DNA from: Octopus sinensis
Lineage: Eukaryota
Length of the DNA: 64,000 bases
Reading direction: 5' to 3'
NCBI RefSeq assembly: GCF_006345805.1
Contig: NC_043004.1
Coordinates: forward strand, 97,278,001-97,342,000
Part shown: one piece after another, positions 49,311 through 62,646 of the stretch
Layout: every line of letters begins with the position of its first letter
Position numbering within the stretch: the first letter of the stretch is position 1
Translations under genes and position numbers: made by a program
Notes under the pieces: model-generated
Seen by the model: only the letters and a program-made list of their open reading frames with translations
Database searches by the model: none
Told to the model about the DNA's origin: nothing

Positions 49311-49822
49311 TACTGTATGAATAAAGTTTGTTCCAAAAATCAGTCTGAAAATGTTGAGAACAATGGATAAAAGTTCATTTGAATTGGTGCATGCTAAAAT
49401 AAAGTAAGGGAGAGAGAAAAAGAGAACAGTTGTTTGCACGAATGATAAATGCAATGAAAAGCAAGGTGTAGCGAAAAACATACAAAAATTATTGAGAGCT
49501 ATATGAGATAAAAAGAAAGCTTGAAAGGGAATGTAAATAAATCAAGAGAAACTTACTTAATATGCTGTAAACAGTAAAAATAATTATAGAATGGAGACAA
49601 AAACATGACAAGCGCAGTAAAAAGAAGTAATTAAACGTCATACCGAATATATAATTTATATTTAAGAGAATAATTTTCATGCTTATATATATATATATAT
49701 ATATATTATATATTCATAATTAATCAATATAGGGTGGCAAGGAAAATTTTGTAGATTTTATGCCACCCAGCGGCCAGTGGGAAAAAATTAATATTCATAG
49801 ACCATTTATAAGTTCACATACA

Positions 49823-49999
49823 TAAGGAACGGCCATAATAATTCACCCACAAAATAACAGCCAAAGCTTCTAGCAAATATATTATTCCGTAACAGGAGAA
49901 TAAATATGTTTTTTTTATTTTCTCCTGTTTACGGAATTAATCTTATGCGGTATAAGCTTTGGCTGTTATTTCTATTGGGTGAAATATGGCCGTTCCTTA
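49823..49999. mobile_element. Fold-back MITE-like palindrome
   Basis: taaggaacggccata...aataacagccaaagctt...ttccgtaacaggaga is mirrored by tctcctgtttacggaa...aagctttggctgttatt...tatggccgttcctta. Confidence 0.8.
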
Positions 50000-50152
50000 A
50001 TTGAATATATATATTATATATATATGGAAAATGATTTTGATATTTGAATTTTAAAAAGGGTGGAATTTCAGGTCATAACCTGAAATCCTTAAAATTATCA
50101 TTGGTTTAGAATTCGCTAAACAAAGATTCCTTGATGCAGGGAATGCCTGCAC

Positions 50153-50154
<2 letters not shown>

Positions 50155-50214
<60 letters not shown>

Positions 50215-50230
50215 GTGTGTGTGTGTGTGT
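50155..50230. repeat. (TG)n microsatellite
   Basis: Directly visible. Confidence 0.97.
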
Positions 50231-50885
50231 GCCAGTGATCCTCAACATCATTTTGCCTCCTTCTTACATGCTGGAGTTTGGCATGGATTTGATAGGTTGT
50301 CACGTTGCAAGGGGTTTTTCCTTTGGAGTTACAACACACTTAAACAGCTCAAGGATGTAGTTTCTTAGATTCCTTTAATATTTTTGTAGAGTTTCTACAA
50401 ATAGATATTCTCCTTAAAGTCAACCCAACTACTTTATAGAGTCTACTAACCATAGCCGTAGCACTTGAGAGTTCATTTGTCCCTAACATTATAAATATTT
50501 TTTCTCTATTCTCGGTTAGCGTAAAGTGGTTACTCTACAGCCAATTCACAAACAGTAACCAGTTTATTTTATTATAACAGTTATCATGACGCTATATCTA
50601 TGGAAACATTAAAGTTGCTCACCTTTGCCCTGTGTTGTGCCTCTTTCGTTTAAACGATTTGACTGAAAAAGGTGAATGATTATAGAAACAACAAGGGAGA
50701 ACGGCAGATGAGATAGAGTATGATGATAGAAAATAGATTAAAAAATGTAAAGTAAGAGATACAGCGAACAGTAATTACATATTGGTCATTGCTATGAATA
50801 TCCATCTATCTCACTGTCTGTCTCTCTTTCTATCTAACTATCTACATATATGTATATAATCATACATACACATACATATATTTAC

Positions 50886-50927
<42 letters not shown>

Positions 50928-50931
50928 TTAT

Positions 50932-51118
50932 ATAAAGTTAATCCAAACATGAAAACACAACAACGCGAGTACGTGGAATAAGTATAGTGTTATTGGACGC
51001 TCAGGAAAGGAAAGAAAGAAGGAGGACTTAACGTTTCGAGCGGAGCTCTTCGTCAGAAACATAGGAAAAGGAGAAATCCCAAAAAATCAACAACGATACA
51101 CACGCGGTCACATTTTGA
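50932..51118 (-). mobile_element. Putative Penelope-like element terminal repeat
   Basis: About 190 bp segment between microsatellites with a hammerhead-like motif; same layout as 20171-20380. Confidence 0.5.
51026..51060 (-). ncRNA. Minimal type I hammerhead ribozyme-like motif, canonical core
   Basis: Minus strand GTTT-CTGACGA-A-GAGC TCC GCTC-GAA-ACGT-T-AAGT; stem I is weak, with two G-U pairs. Confidence 0.6.
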
Positions 51119-51166
<48 letters not shown>

Positions 51167-51478
51167 CGCTATATATATATATATATATTTATTTATTTAT
51201 AATACAAAATGAATGAATGAATGAATGGCCGGATAACTGAAGAAATGGCGGCGTGGGTTTCCGCCCCGACATGCGGTACTCGGAGTTTTATCATGGCTAC
51301 AGAATAATTGTCACATATATTTACAGATAAATTCCTCTATTTATATAATATCGAGGTCTCTTTCATTCTTTTGTTGTCTTACCATTTCTATCAATATATT
51401 TATATATAAGGAAAAATTTTTTCGTTATACATATTAACACACACATCTACACACATATATAAATCGCAGTACATTTCG

Positions 51479-51553
51479 TTCAAACGATCTGATGAAGCTA
51501 GTGCAAAATAGAGGCATGTGCGAAACTTCATAGTCAAGAATAAAACGCTTTGA
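51479..51553 (+). ncRNA. Degenerate type I hammerhead-like motif
   Basis: tcaaacgat-CTGATGA-A-gctagtgc...gcatgtgc-GAAAC tt...aagaata-aaacgctttga; stems are only partly paired. Confidence 0.4.
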
Positions 51554-52034
51554 TAATTTGGGGGAAGTGCTCAAACATAGAGAAGAGGAATGTGAGGGAA
51601 AGAGCTAGAATGCAAAGAAACAGAAAAGTGGGGAGTAGAGAGAATTATTTCTTTAGATGCGTTGTTTCCATCGCAAAAATTCACTTTCGACGAATTTTAT
51701 TTGAAAAATATATGTGCATAGAGAAATAGAGTGTAAAAGAAGAGATGAAACCGAATAGCGTGGATCAACGAATGAGACGTAAAAAAAGATGCAGAGAACA
51801 CAAACAATGAGAGGAGGTGGAGGAGGAGGGGGGAAGAAGAAGCAAATGAAAAAGAAAATGAAGAAGAAAACTGACTTAAGTGTAAACAAAATTTAATATG
51901 GGGAAGTAAATATTGAAGCGTTAAACTGATAATTAGAAGAAAAATATGTGGAATACGAGGTCGTTGACTTAATAAAAATATGAATATGTGTGTAAAACGT
52001 GTTAATAAAAAGGAAAAACGTTAGTGTGAGTATT

Positions 52035-52448
52035 ACTCTTTACTCTTTTACTTGTTTCAGTCATTTGACTGCGGCCATGCTGGAGCACCGCCTTTAGTCG
52101 AGCAAATCGACCCCGGGACTTATTCTTTGTAAGCCCAGTACTTATTCTATCGGTCTTCTTTTGCTGAACCGCTAAGTGACGGGGACGTAAACACACCAGC
52201 ATCGGTTGTCAAGCAATGCTAGGGGGACAAACACAGACACACAAACACACACGCACATACATATATATATATATACATATACATATATACGACAGGCTTC
52301 TTTCAGTTTCCGTCTAACAAATCCACTCACAAGGCATTGGTCGGCCCGGGGCTATAGCAGAATACACTTGCCCAAGATGCCACGCAGTGGGACTGAACCC
52401 GGAACTATGTGGTTGGTAAACAAGCTACTTACTACACAGCCACTCCTG
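52035..52448 (-). mobile_element. SINE-B flanked by a 78 bp direct repeat
   Basis: B architecture; flanks 51957-52034 and 52449-52526 match with 3 mismatches. Confidence 0.92.
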
Positions 52449-52739
52449 GAGGTCGTTGACTTAATAAATACATGAATATGTGTGTAAAACGTGTTAATAA
52501 AAAGGAAAAACGTTAGTGTAAGTATTGACAGTAACGTTTGTCATAAAACTTTAATATTAATAAATAGTTATTAATTTTCGCCGATTGTTTTCTTGAATTC
52601 AATATTATATAGCGGTGACTGGTTACATACCTAACCCTACAGATATATACATACATAAATAGGCATGCACACACACAAATACGCATACACAGGTACACAA
52701 ACATACACACACTCATACATTTCCAGAATATGTGATGAA

Positions 52740-54110
<1,371 letters not shown>

Positions 54111-54949
54111 AATGGGTTCACCTCGGGAAAGAATTGCAGGAGAAGAACGTACCGAAATACTAGATCTGAGATGCAAGACTACAGATATTAGATTCATACA
54201 TCCTAAGATTTCAATTTTAAATTCTGCTTTGTGACAGTGCCAGCTTTACGTTACATTTTCCCAGAACTTATACAATAAACACTTGACTACTGAAATACGA
54301 GATGATATGCTCAAATAACCCACTTTCTTAATAATTAGCCCGCTCACATTTTTAATGGCTATGCCTAAGTAAAAATGGCGGCACCATTGACAGACCGGAG
54401 ACCAAGTCTTAATCCTTACACCAAAGTGAACTGTGATGAATCCACCCATGAGCAGGTAATATGCTTAAAGTAGGGGACGGATTAACACTATAACGTAAGA
54501 GCAGAAACAGTTTCTCCAACTGGCTTCTACACAGTTTCCCTCCATATTTCACTCACTATGTACAGGTCTGTTTTGGACCATAGTAAACAATTCACCGATG
54601 TACTATGCAAGGAAACTGTGCACGAATTTCTGAACTACACAAACATACCTCGACTTTGTGCATTGGACAAAACTTGGAACAAACGACTGCCATGTCTAGC
54701 AGACAGGTGTCCAGTACTGAAACCAGCTGATTTACTGATCCTGTCAACGCTGGATGAGAGTTATTCGCTGCCTTGTTTGCAATATAACGAACTCAGATAT
54801 TGTGTCGTTAACCAGTTGGAGATGTCCTCCTGGGTTTAAAAATAGTAGCAACATTGTTCTGAACAGGAACAACCATGTTGAGATTGTAACAACCATCACT
54901 TTTCAAAGCAATTACTATTATAGGTTATTGTTATTTATTGTTATCAAAT

Positions 54950-54958
54950 AATAACAAC

Positions 54959-55044
<86 letters not shown>

Positions 55045-55045
55045 C
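54950..55045. repeat. (AAT)n microsatellite
   Basis: Directly visible. Confidence 0.97.
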
Positions 55046-55369
55046 GTCAACATCTTGATCTATTCATTATTGCCTTTCATTGTAATATTGATCTCCCGAA
55101 TTTTACTCGATGTAAATCCTCCACTTTTCTTTCTTGTTTTCTATTTTATTTTATATTTCTATTGTCCCCCGCTACCTTTCATGCCCTTGTGACCAATAAA
55201 AAATAATTATAATAATCGTGATCATTATCAATATTATCAATATTATCATTATTATTGTTGTTGTTGTTGTTGCTCTTATAATTATTGTTATTATCGTTAT
55301 TATAATCAGCTTCATGTTTCTTTAAATATAGATAATTATATCATACTTTCATCTATTTGCCAAAATTGT

Positions 55370-55413
55370 CAGTATACATACATACATATACATATACATA
55401 CATACATACATAT

Positions 55414-55464
<51 letters not shown>

Positions 55465-55501
55465 ATTTATATATATATATTTATATATTTATATATATAT
55501 T

Positions 55502-55532
<31 letters not shown>

Positions 55533-55618
55533 TATATATATATTATATATATACACATACATACATACATACATATACACACATATATATATATGTATAT
55601 ATATATATCTATATATAT

Positions 55619-55660
<42 letters not shown>

Positions 55661-55695
55661 CTTATAAGTTATGTATGTATGTATGTATGTATGTA
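55370..55695. repeat. (CATA)n/(TA)n/(TATG)n cluster
   Basis: Directly visible. Confidence 0.95.
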
Positions 55696-56253
55696 TTCCT
55701 AATTTATTTGATCTTGTAAATACAACAGTCACCTCACCTTGACAAGTTTCTTACTTAATTAGTTTTCTTGTTTTATTTGATTTCATTAGTTTTTATATAT
55801 AATTCACTTTCGGTTGTTTGGTGTATAAATTAGTAATGCCAACAAGTACCTCTAGATATCCACTAATTACTCTATTAATGTTATGTGATTTTTCTAAGTT
55901 CGTTAGATACAGATTCTGAGATAATCAGTAACAGACTTTGACTATCAAACCTTAAACTGAGTCTGTCTGTCTGAATTGTCTTCAATCATCTTTTGCTGTT
56001 GTTGTTGTTGTTGTTGTTGTTGTTGATAATGATGATAATGATGATGATGTCGTTGTTGTTGTTGTGTTGATTTTCATTGGTTTGTTTCGCTTTGCTTTTT
56101 TTTTCGATATTGCTTGGCTTTCTGTTTTGCGATCTTATCAACACACATGACTTACCTTCAACATCGTCATCGTCATCCTCATCATCATCATCATCAACTG
56201 CAGCATCACCATCATCATTACCATCGTTATCGTAGTCATCGTCGTCGTCGTCG

Positions 56254-56286
<33 letters not shown>

Positions 56287-56308
56287 TCACCATTATGATT
56301 ATTACAAC

Positions 56309-56710
56309 TCCAGTGTCGAAAGTATGTTGTTGATAATTCAGTGCAGATGTGCAGGAAATGTTGTTGGAATGCAAGATGATCGCATTCCGAAAATTCTTTT
56401 GTCTGGCCAAAACGTAGAAGGATTCCGTGGTAAACGAAGATCCATCCTTAAGTATAAGGATAAATTGAAACAATCACTAAGATCCTTACAGAATATTTTG
56501 AGAACTTAGGAAAATTATTGCCTAGATCGTAAAATTTGTCATGATGCATGTAAACAATTTGAATTGAAGTAACAGAACAATACAAGAATTAAATCCTGCT
56601 GTCAACATTTGTCCAATCTCAGGTAAAATCAACGTCATCTGTGTCCCAATTGTGATTTCATAGCAACATCCATACCTTCACTCAAAATGCATTCACGTAT
56701 TCATCGCACA
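56309..56710 (+). pseudogene. RTE-type LINE ORF C-terminus with C2H2 finger
   Basis: SVESMLLIIQCRCAGNVVGMQDDRIPKILLSG...KYKDKLKQSL, and later CPNCDFIATSIPSLKMHSRIH. Confidence 0.8.
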
Positions 56711-56829
56711 TATATGTAACTTTCTAGAAGTTTTTAATCCCATTTTTAAAAATTATTTCCTTCAGACACTCATATGTCGAAATCAGCGGGAGTGGCCATC
56801 ATCATTATCGTCGTCGTCGTCGTCGTCAT

Positions 56830-57020
56830 CATCGGCAGAATCATTAGCACGCCGGCAAAATTCCTGGTGGTATTTCGTCCGTCTTTAAGTTCTGAGTTCA
56901 AATTCCGCCGAGGCTGACTTCACCTTTCATCCTTTCGGAGACGAGGACTGGGAACGATGTAATTGACTCACACCTTCCCCCGAAATATATGACCTTGTGC
57001 CAAAATTTGAAATCATTATT
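56830..57020 (+). mobile_element. SINE-A2
   Basis: A head and body plus gaccttgtgccaaaatttgaaatcatt tail. Confidence 0.78.
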
Positions 57021-57094
57021 ATTGTTATTACTGAAGCTGTTGAATTAGCAGTATCATTAGAATGCCGGAAAAACAACTTGCAGTACTTCTACTA

Positions 57095-57111
57095 TTTTAT
57101 TATTATTATTA

Positions 57112-57189
<78 letters not shown>

Positions 57190-57242
57190 TTATTTTTTTT
57201 ATCATCATCATCATCATCATCACCATCATTATTATTATTATT
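57095..57242. repeat. (ATT)n/(ATC)n array
   Basis: Directly visible. Confidence 0.97.
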
Positions 57243-57751
57243 GAGTGAGAGAGAGCAGAGCATGCTAAAGTATACGAAGCCCAGTATACCCATCATGACT
57301 ACCCGTCTAATAAGGGTACACCAGGCACATGCATCACAGTTATATGTGCGTAGCATGGTGAACAGTACATGGCCTTGCAGGTGGGAGGCCATCCCGAGTA
57401 GCCTATCCGCTCAAGATGTCCCTGAATAAGGGTTGTTTAAGGATGATGAACAAAACACCCATGTGTCGAAAGGTGAATTACCCAAACCCCAAAGAATTCC
57501 TCTCAACACATGGCTATGATGCTCCCCCACTACTTCTGCTGGTGATCAGAGATGCACATATCGTCCCCCAATAAGGGACATACTCAACTGGTTATGGTCA
57601 AGCAACTGGCAAGCAAATCTGTGGTATTGAGCAGAATATTTGCTGTAGCCCATGTTTTATACCAAGACAAAGCAATATACATGATAACACTTCCAATCAG
57701 TAAATATCAGAAGCGATGAGAACCACTGCCTGATACTGCATCAGGGCATTT
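57243..57751. mobile_element. Unclassified repeat D, about 510 bp, embedded in triplet arrays
   Basis: A second partial copy lies at 24175-24340; both boundaries abut (ATT)n or (ATC)n; no tRNA boxes or TIRs seen. Confidence 0.6.
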
Positions 57752-57878
<127 letters not shown>

Positions 57879-58225
57879 AATGTTCTAAATCTGCTATAAT
57901 CTTTCATTGATCCTTTTGGATTTCAAATTCCTTACAGAATGGTATTATTTTGGTCTGATGAAATAATGGGCTGATAAAATAAATCCTTATCGTGTTCTTA
58001 AACTATTTAGTCACAAAAGAAACAAAGAGAGAAGAAATAATAAATACATTCCCTAGTTGTTCTTATCTCTGTCATACATTTATACTTATACTTCACTAAA
58101 CAAGTCCAAATAAGCCTGAAACATATCTCGAGTTGTTACTATATTTGCCCAACTTCAAATTTGTTTACCCATACATGGCAACATTCAATTATATTAGCAC
58201 CAAGTCACTTAACTGTTTACACAAA

Positions 58226-58499
58226 ATAAATAAATAAATAAATAAATAAATAAATGCGCCCTTTTAAATCCTAGCCAGGCTCATGGGTCCAGTTTCCCGG
58301 TTTCTATGGCGTATGTGTTCACCAGCTGGACGGGACGCCAGTCCATCGCAGCGTTACTCACTTTTGCCAGCTGAGTGGACTGAAGCAACGTGAAATGAAG
58401 TATTTTGCTCAAGAACACAACGCGTCGCCCGGTCCAGAAATCGAAGCCACAATCTTACGATCATGATGCTGACACCCTAACCACTAAGCCACGCGCCCC
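58226..58499 (-). mobile_element. tRNA-derived SINE type F (core 2 + tail 2) with (TTTA)n tail
   Basis: Minus strand ggggcgcgtggcttagtggttaggg head, ccactcagctgg core, gcgatggactggcgtcccgtccag tail. Confidence 0.88.
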
Positions 58500-58780
58500 T
58501 ACCTGTTTACATAAACTGATTGAAATAAACTGCCCTCCCCTTCCACTCAATTTTATAGCTTCCTGTTAAAGTTAGAAACTGTAGTTGTTATTTCCGTTAC
58601 TCTCACGGTTATTTAATATATAATATTCTTATTATTAGTGATGCTCTTCTATATATTATAAGGAACTTAATAATAATGACGAAATTAACAAAAACAACAA
58701 TAATTATAATAAATATTATTATTCTATTATTGTTATTGTTGCTATTAACCGGATAGTTGGTATTACCAGTGGTATTACCA

Positions 58781-59566
58781 GGCGGCGAGCTGGCAGAAAC
58801 GTTAGCACGTCGGGCGAAATGCTTAGCGGTATTTCGGCTGCCGTTACGTTGTGAGTTCAAATTCCGCCGAGGTCGACTTTGCCTTTCATCCTTTCGGGGT
58901 CGATAAATTAAGTACCTGTTAAGCACTGGGGTCGATATAATCGACTTAATACCTATGTCTGTCCATGTTTGTCCCCTCTGTGTTTAGCCCCTTGTGGGTA
59001 GTAAAGAAATAGGTATTTCGGCTGCCGTTACGTTGTGAGTTCAAATTCCGCCGAGGTCGACTTTGCCTTTCATCCTTTCGGGGTCGATAAATTAAGTACC
59101 AGTTAAGCACTGGGGTCGATGTAATCGACTTAATAACTATGTCTGTCCTTGTTTGTCCCCTCTGTGTTTAGCCTCTTGTGGGTAATAAAGAAATAGGTAT
59201 TTCGGCTGCCGTTACGTTGTGAGTTCAAATTCCGCCGAGGTCGACTTTGCCTTTCATCCTTTCGGGGTCGATAAATTAAGTACCAGTTAAGCACTGGGGT
59301 CGATGTAATCGACTTAATAACTATGTCTGTCCTTGTTTGTCCCCTCTGTGTTTAGCCCCTTGTGGGTAATAAAGAAATAGGTATTTCGGCTGCCGTTACG
59401 TTGTGAGTTCAAATTCCGCCGAGGTCGACTTTGCCTTTCATCCTTTCGGGGTCGATAAATTAAGTACCAGTTATGCACTGGGGTCGATGTAATCGACTTA
59501 ATACCTATGTCTGTTCATGTTTGTCTCCTCCTGTATGTTTAGCCCCTTGTGGGCAATAAAGAAATA
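58781..59566 (+). mobile_element. SINE-A tetramer: head plus four units of about 184 bp
   Basis: Units start at 58828, 59012, 59196 and 59380; ggtattacca occurs at 58771-58780 and 59567-59576. Confidence 0.93.
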
Positions 59567-60174
59567 GGTATTACCAGTGAATAGTTGTAAAATTACAACA
59601 TTACTCCAGGCAAGTAGAAAATTATAAAAGTAAAACTGGTAACAAATCGTGAAGTCAGCAGCAGAAAAATTCTAAATCAAGAACAACAGAAGATGGAAAA
59701 ACAAAGCAGCCATAAAAACAAAAAACAAAAACAGTAGACAGATATCAAGACAAAACCCTCTAACAGACAATATCAAAGTCGTGGTTATTGCTACTTGTAC
59801 TACTCTAAGTTTTAATTAGCAGCTTGCAATGAAAGAAGATTATAGTTGTCCATTTTGGATTTTCAGTTAGACAGAGAGATAAATGGCTTATGTGACCATT
59901 CGTAGTAAGATATATAGAATACAAGGTAAACTCACAACTATTTAAGACAACAACCTCATTTCAATTTCTTCGTTGCAGTTAATTATTTAACCCACGCGTT
60001 CATGGGACAGATATTGAATCCACTACATATTCCTTCTACCCTTCCGAGTATTTTTTAGTTTGTTCCTGAGTAAGAATGTTGTTGTAGTTGTTGTTGGTGG
60101 TGTTGTTGTTCTTGCTGCTACTGCTGTTGTTGTTATTGTTGTTATTATTATTAGCATTATTATTATTACTACTA

Positions 60175-60213
<39 letters not shown>

Positions 60214-60547
60214 TATGTTTGACTTTTGCTTTACATTTGCACAAGCTGGCTCCAAGTCTCACCCAGAGACCTCAAGAGACAACAAGTTGGAAGTTCATGT
60301 TGGTGTTATGCCTAGGGTGCCATATATTTGGTCTTGTACTTAGTATTTAACTAGTGAATGCCTAAAAAAAACATATGAAAAGTATGTTTGTTTTAAAACT
60401 TGAGATTACAAAGAAAGTATTTTGCGTAGGATATGAGCAGTTCCCATGAGCACTATCTTTTGAATTTCTGCCATGTTGGGGTTTCCTGGTATCTGAGTTA
60501 GGTAGCAATCAGCCCCTTTTGCTATCATTCCCAGGGCACCTATGACA
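60214..60547 (-). mobile_element. 5'-truncated R4/Dong LINE inside triplet arrays
   Basis: VIGALGMIAKGADCYLTQIPGNPNMAEIQKIVLMGTAHILRKILSL*; the 3' UTR terminus matches the copy at 27158; (AAT)n on both sides. Confidence 0.88.
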
Positions 60548-60579
60548 TTATTATTATTATTATTACTACTACTACTACT

Positions 60580-60612
<33 letters not shown>

Positions 60613-60641
60613 ATTATTATTATTATCATCATCATTATTAA

Positions 60642-60845
60642 GGTGGCGAGATGATAGAATCGTTAACCTGTGGTCATTTTGTCTATCTTTACGTTCTGAG
60701 TTCAAATTCTGCCGAGATCGACTTTGCGTCGTTTCATCCTCTGGAGTCGATAAATTAAGTACCAGTTCAGTACTGAGGTTGATGTAATCAACTTAATCCC
60801 TTTCCTCGAAATTGCTGGCCTCGTGCCAAAATTTGAAATCATTAT
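60642..60845 (+). mobile_element. SINE-A2
   Basis: Diverged head, body and A2 tail. Confidence 0.78.
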
Positions 60846-60959
60846 TATTGTTATTGTCGTTGATGCATTTATTGTCGTTATTACTATTCTTTTATTATAA
60901 TTCAATTCTTAATGTTATTGTTTTTACGCGATAAACATTGTAAGTCAAACGTGAAAGAC

Positions 60960-61700
60960 AAAATATCACTGCATAGGCGAGCTCTTATTTCCCAGTGAAG
61001 AGATTGTGAAGAAAATCGCATTCGCTTGTGCATTAAAGGAAGTCACCTTATTCACAACATACTTGATACAACAAACATCCAAGATCATACTGCCGGATTA
61101 CTAGGTCTAGTGCAGCCGATATCGATGATGGAGGAGTATGGAGATGGGACTAGCATCGGTTCCAACTTCAATAAAGAATGATCGGAGATAGCTCTCGAGG
61201 TAATGCTACTGACAGCACCTACGGTACAAGCATTGAACCATGACCATATTTGTATCAAATGTGGGATGTAGATTCACGTTAAGGCAGAGGGGTTCAAATG
61301 CAACAACTTCAGCAACACGAACCACTTGAATATCTTCTGATTTATATTGAAGGAGAAGAAGGCGGCGAGCTGACAGAAACGTTAGCACGCCGGGCGAAAT
61401 GCGTAGCCGTATTTCGTCTGCCGTTAAGTTCTGAGTTCAAACTCCGCCGAGGTCGACTTTGCCTTTCATCCTTTCGGGGTCGATAAATTAAGTACCAACT
61501 ACGCACTGGGGTCGATGTAATCGACTTAATCCGTGTGTCTGCCTTTGTTTGTCCCCTCTGTGTTTAGCCCCTTGTGGATAGTAAAGAAATATATATTGAA
61601 GGAGAAGAATGTGTGATAACCTTATTGATAGTAGCGCCCGAAACACAAACATAAGAAACGACAACAATACAGCCTACATCGTCTCTACAAATAACTGAAA
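60960..61700 (+). pseudogene. Possible Gypsy gag zinc-knuckle and protease remnant, split by SINE-A
   Basis: CIKCGM*IH...FKCNNFSNTNH (double knuckle-like), then YIEGEECV and, after a frameshift, LIDSSA (D-S/T-G-like); weak. Confidence 0.4.
61361..61591 (+). mobile_element. SINE-A monomer
   Basis: 18 bp TSD tatattgaaggagaagaa at 61343-61360 and 61592-61609. Confidence 0.93.
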
Positions 61701-61840
61701 CTATGACAACAACAACTTCAGAAACTGCATGAAGGAAAGAGTGAACACACCAACATCACCACTAATGAAAACACATCGTAGTGTGCCCTCTACTCTCGGA
61801 AAATTTAACAGACATAGCAAGGAACAAAAACACAATATAT

Positions 61841-62069
61841 GTTTCTTTACTACCCACAAGGGGCTACACACAGAGCGGACAAACAAGGACAGACAAACGG
61901 ATTAAGTCGATTATATCGACCCCAGTGCGTAACTGGTACTTATTTAATCGACCCCGAAAGGATGAAAGGCAAAGTCGACCTCGGCGGAATTTGAACTCAG
62001 AACGTAACGGCAGACGAAATACTGCTAAGCATTTCTCCCGGCGTGCTAACGTTTCTGCCAGCTCGCCGC
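61841..62069 (-). mobile_element. SINE-A monomer
   Basis: Reverse complement of A; imperfect TSD acaaaaRcacaat. Confidence 0.92.
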
Positions 62070-62416
62070 TATACAAAAGCACAATGTAAGTAACGTCGAA
62101 GCAGACCATTTCTCCCTTGGCCTTTTTAATTACGAAGACCAGGAAAATGTTTTGGTGAGGGTGAAGAATCGCTAGACTGTCACACAGTACTGTATAAGTC
62201 AAAGTGTTTGAAATGTCGAAGAACCCACCAACCGTTCACTCACCATCGCCACTTAGAGAAAAAGCAAGTAAATTAATAATAGTCATTTCAAATTTTGGCA
62301 CACGGCCGGTAATTTTAGGAGGAGAGACAAATCGCTTACATCGAAACTAATACATGATTAGCACTTATTTTATAGAACCCGAAAGGCGAAGTTGACCTTG
62401 GTGGTAATTGAAATCA

Positions 62417-62646
62417 GGCGGCGAGCTGGCAGAAACGTTAGCACGCCGGGCGAAATGTTTAGCGGTATTTCGTCTGCGTTACGTTGTGAGTTCAAATTCT
62501 GCCGAGGTCGACTTTGCCTTTCATCCTTTCGGGGTCGATAAATTAAGTACCAGTTACGCACTGGGGTCGCTGTAATCGACTTAATACCTATGTCTGTCCT
62601 TGTTTGTCCCCTCTGTGTTTAGCCCCTTGTGGGTAATAAAGAAATA
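62417..62646 (+). mobile_element. SINE-A nested in an older inverted A2-like copy (about 62290-62710)
   Basis: 14 bp TSD ggtaattgaaatca at 62403-62416 and 62647-62660. Confidence 0.9.

Noticed and set aside
58828-59566. CRISPR-like array
   Set aside because: The units are contiguous near-identical 184 bp SINE bodies with no unique spacers, the context is eukaryotic, and there are no cas genes.
62090-62260. Possible Gypsy RT start on the minus strand (FVIKKAKGEMVCFD)
   Set aside because: A single short motif with frameshifts, on the opposite strand to the nearby gag-like remnant.
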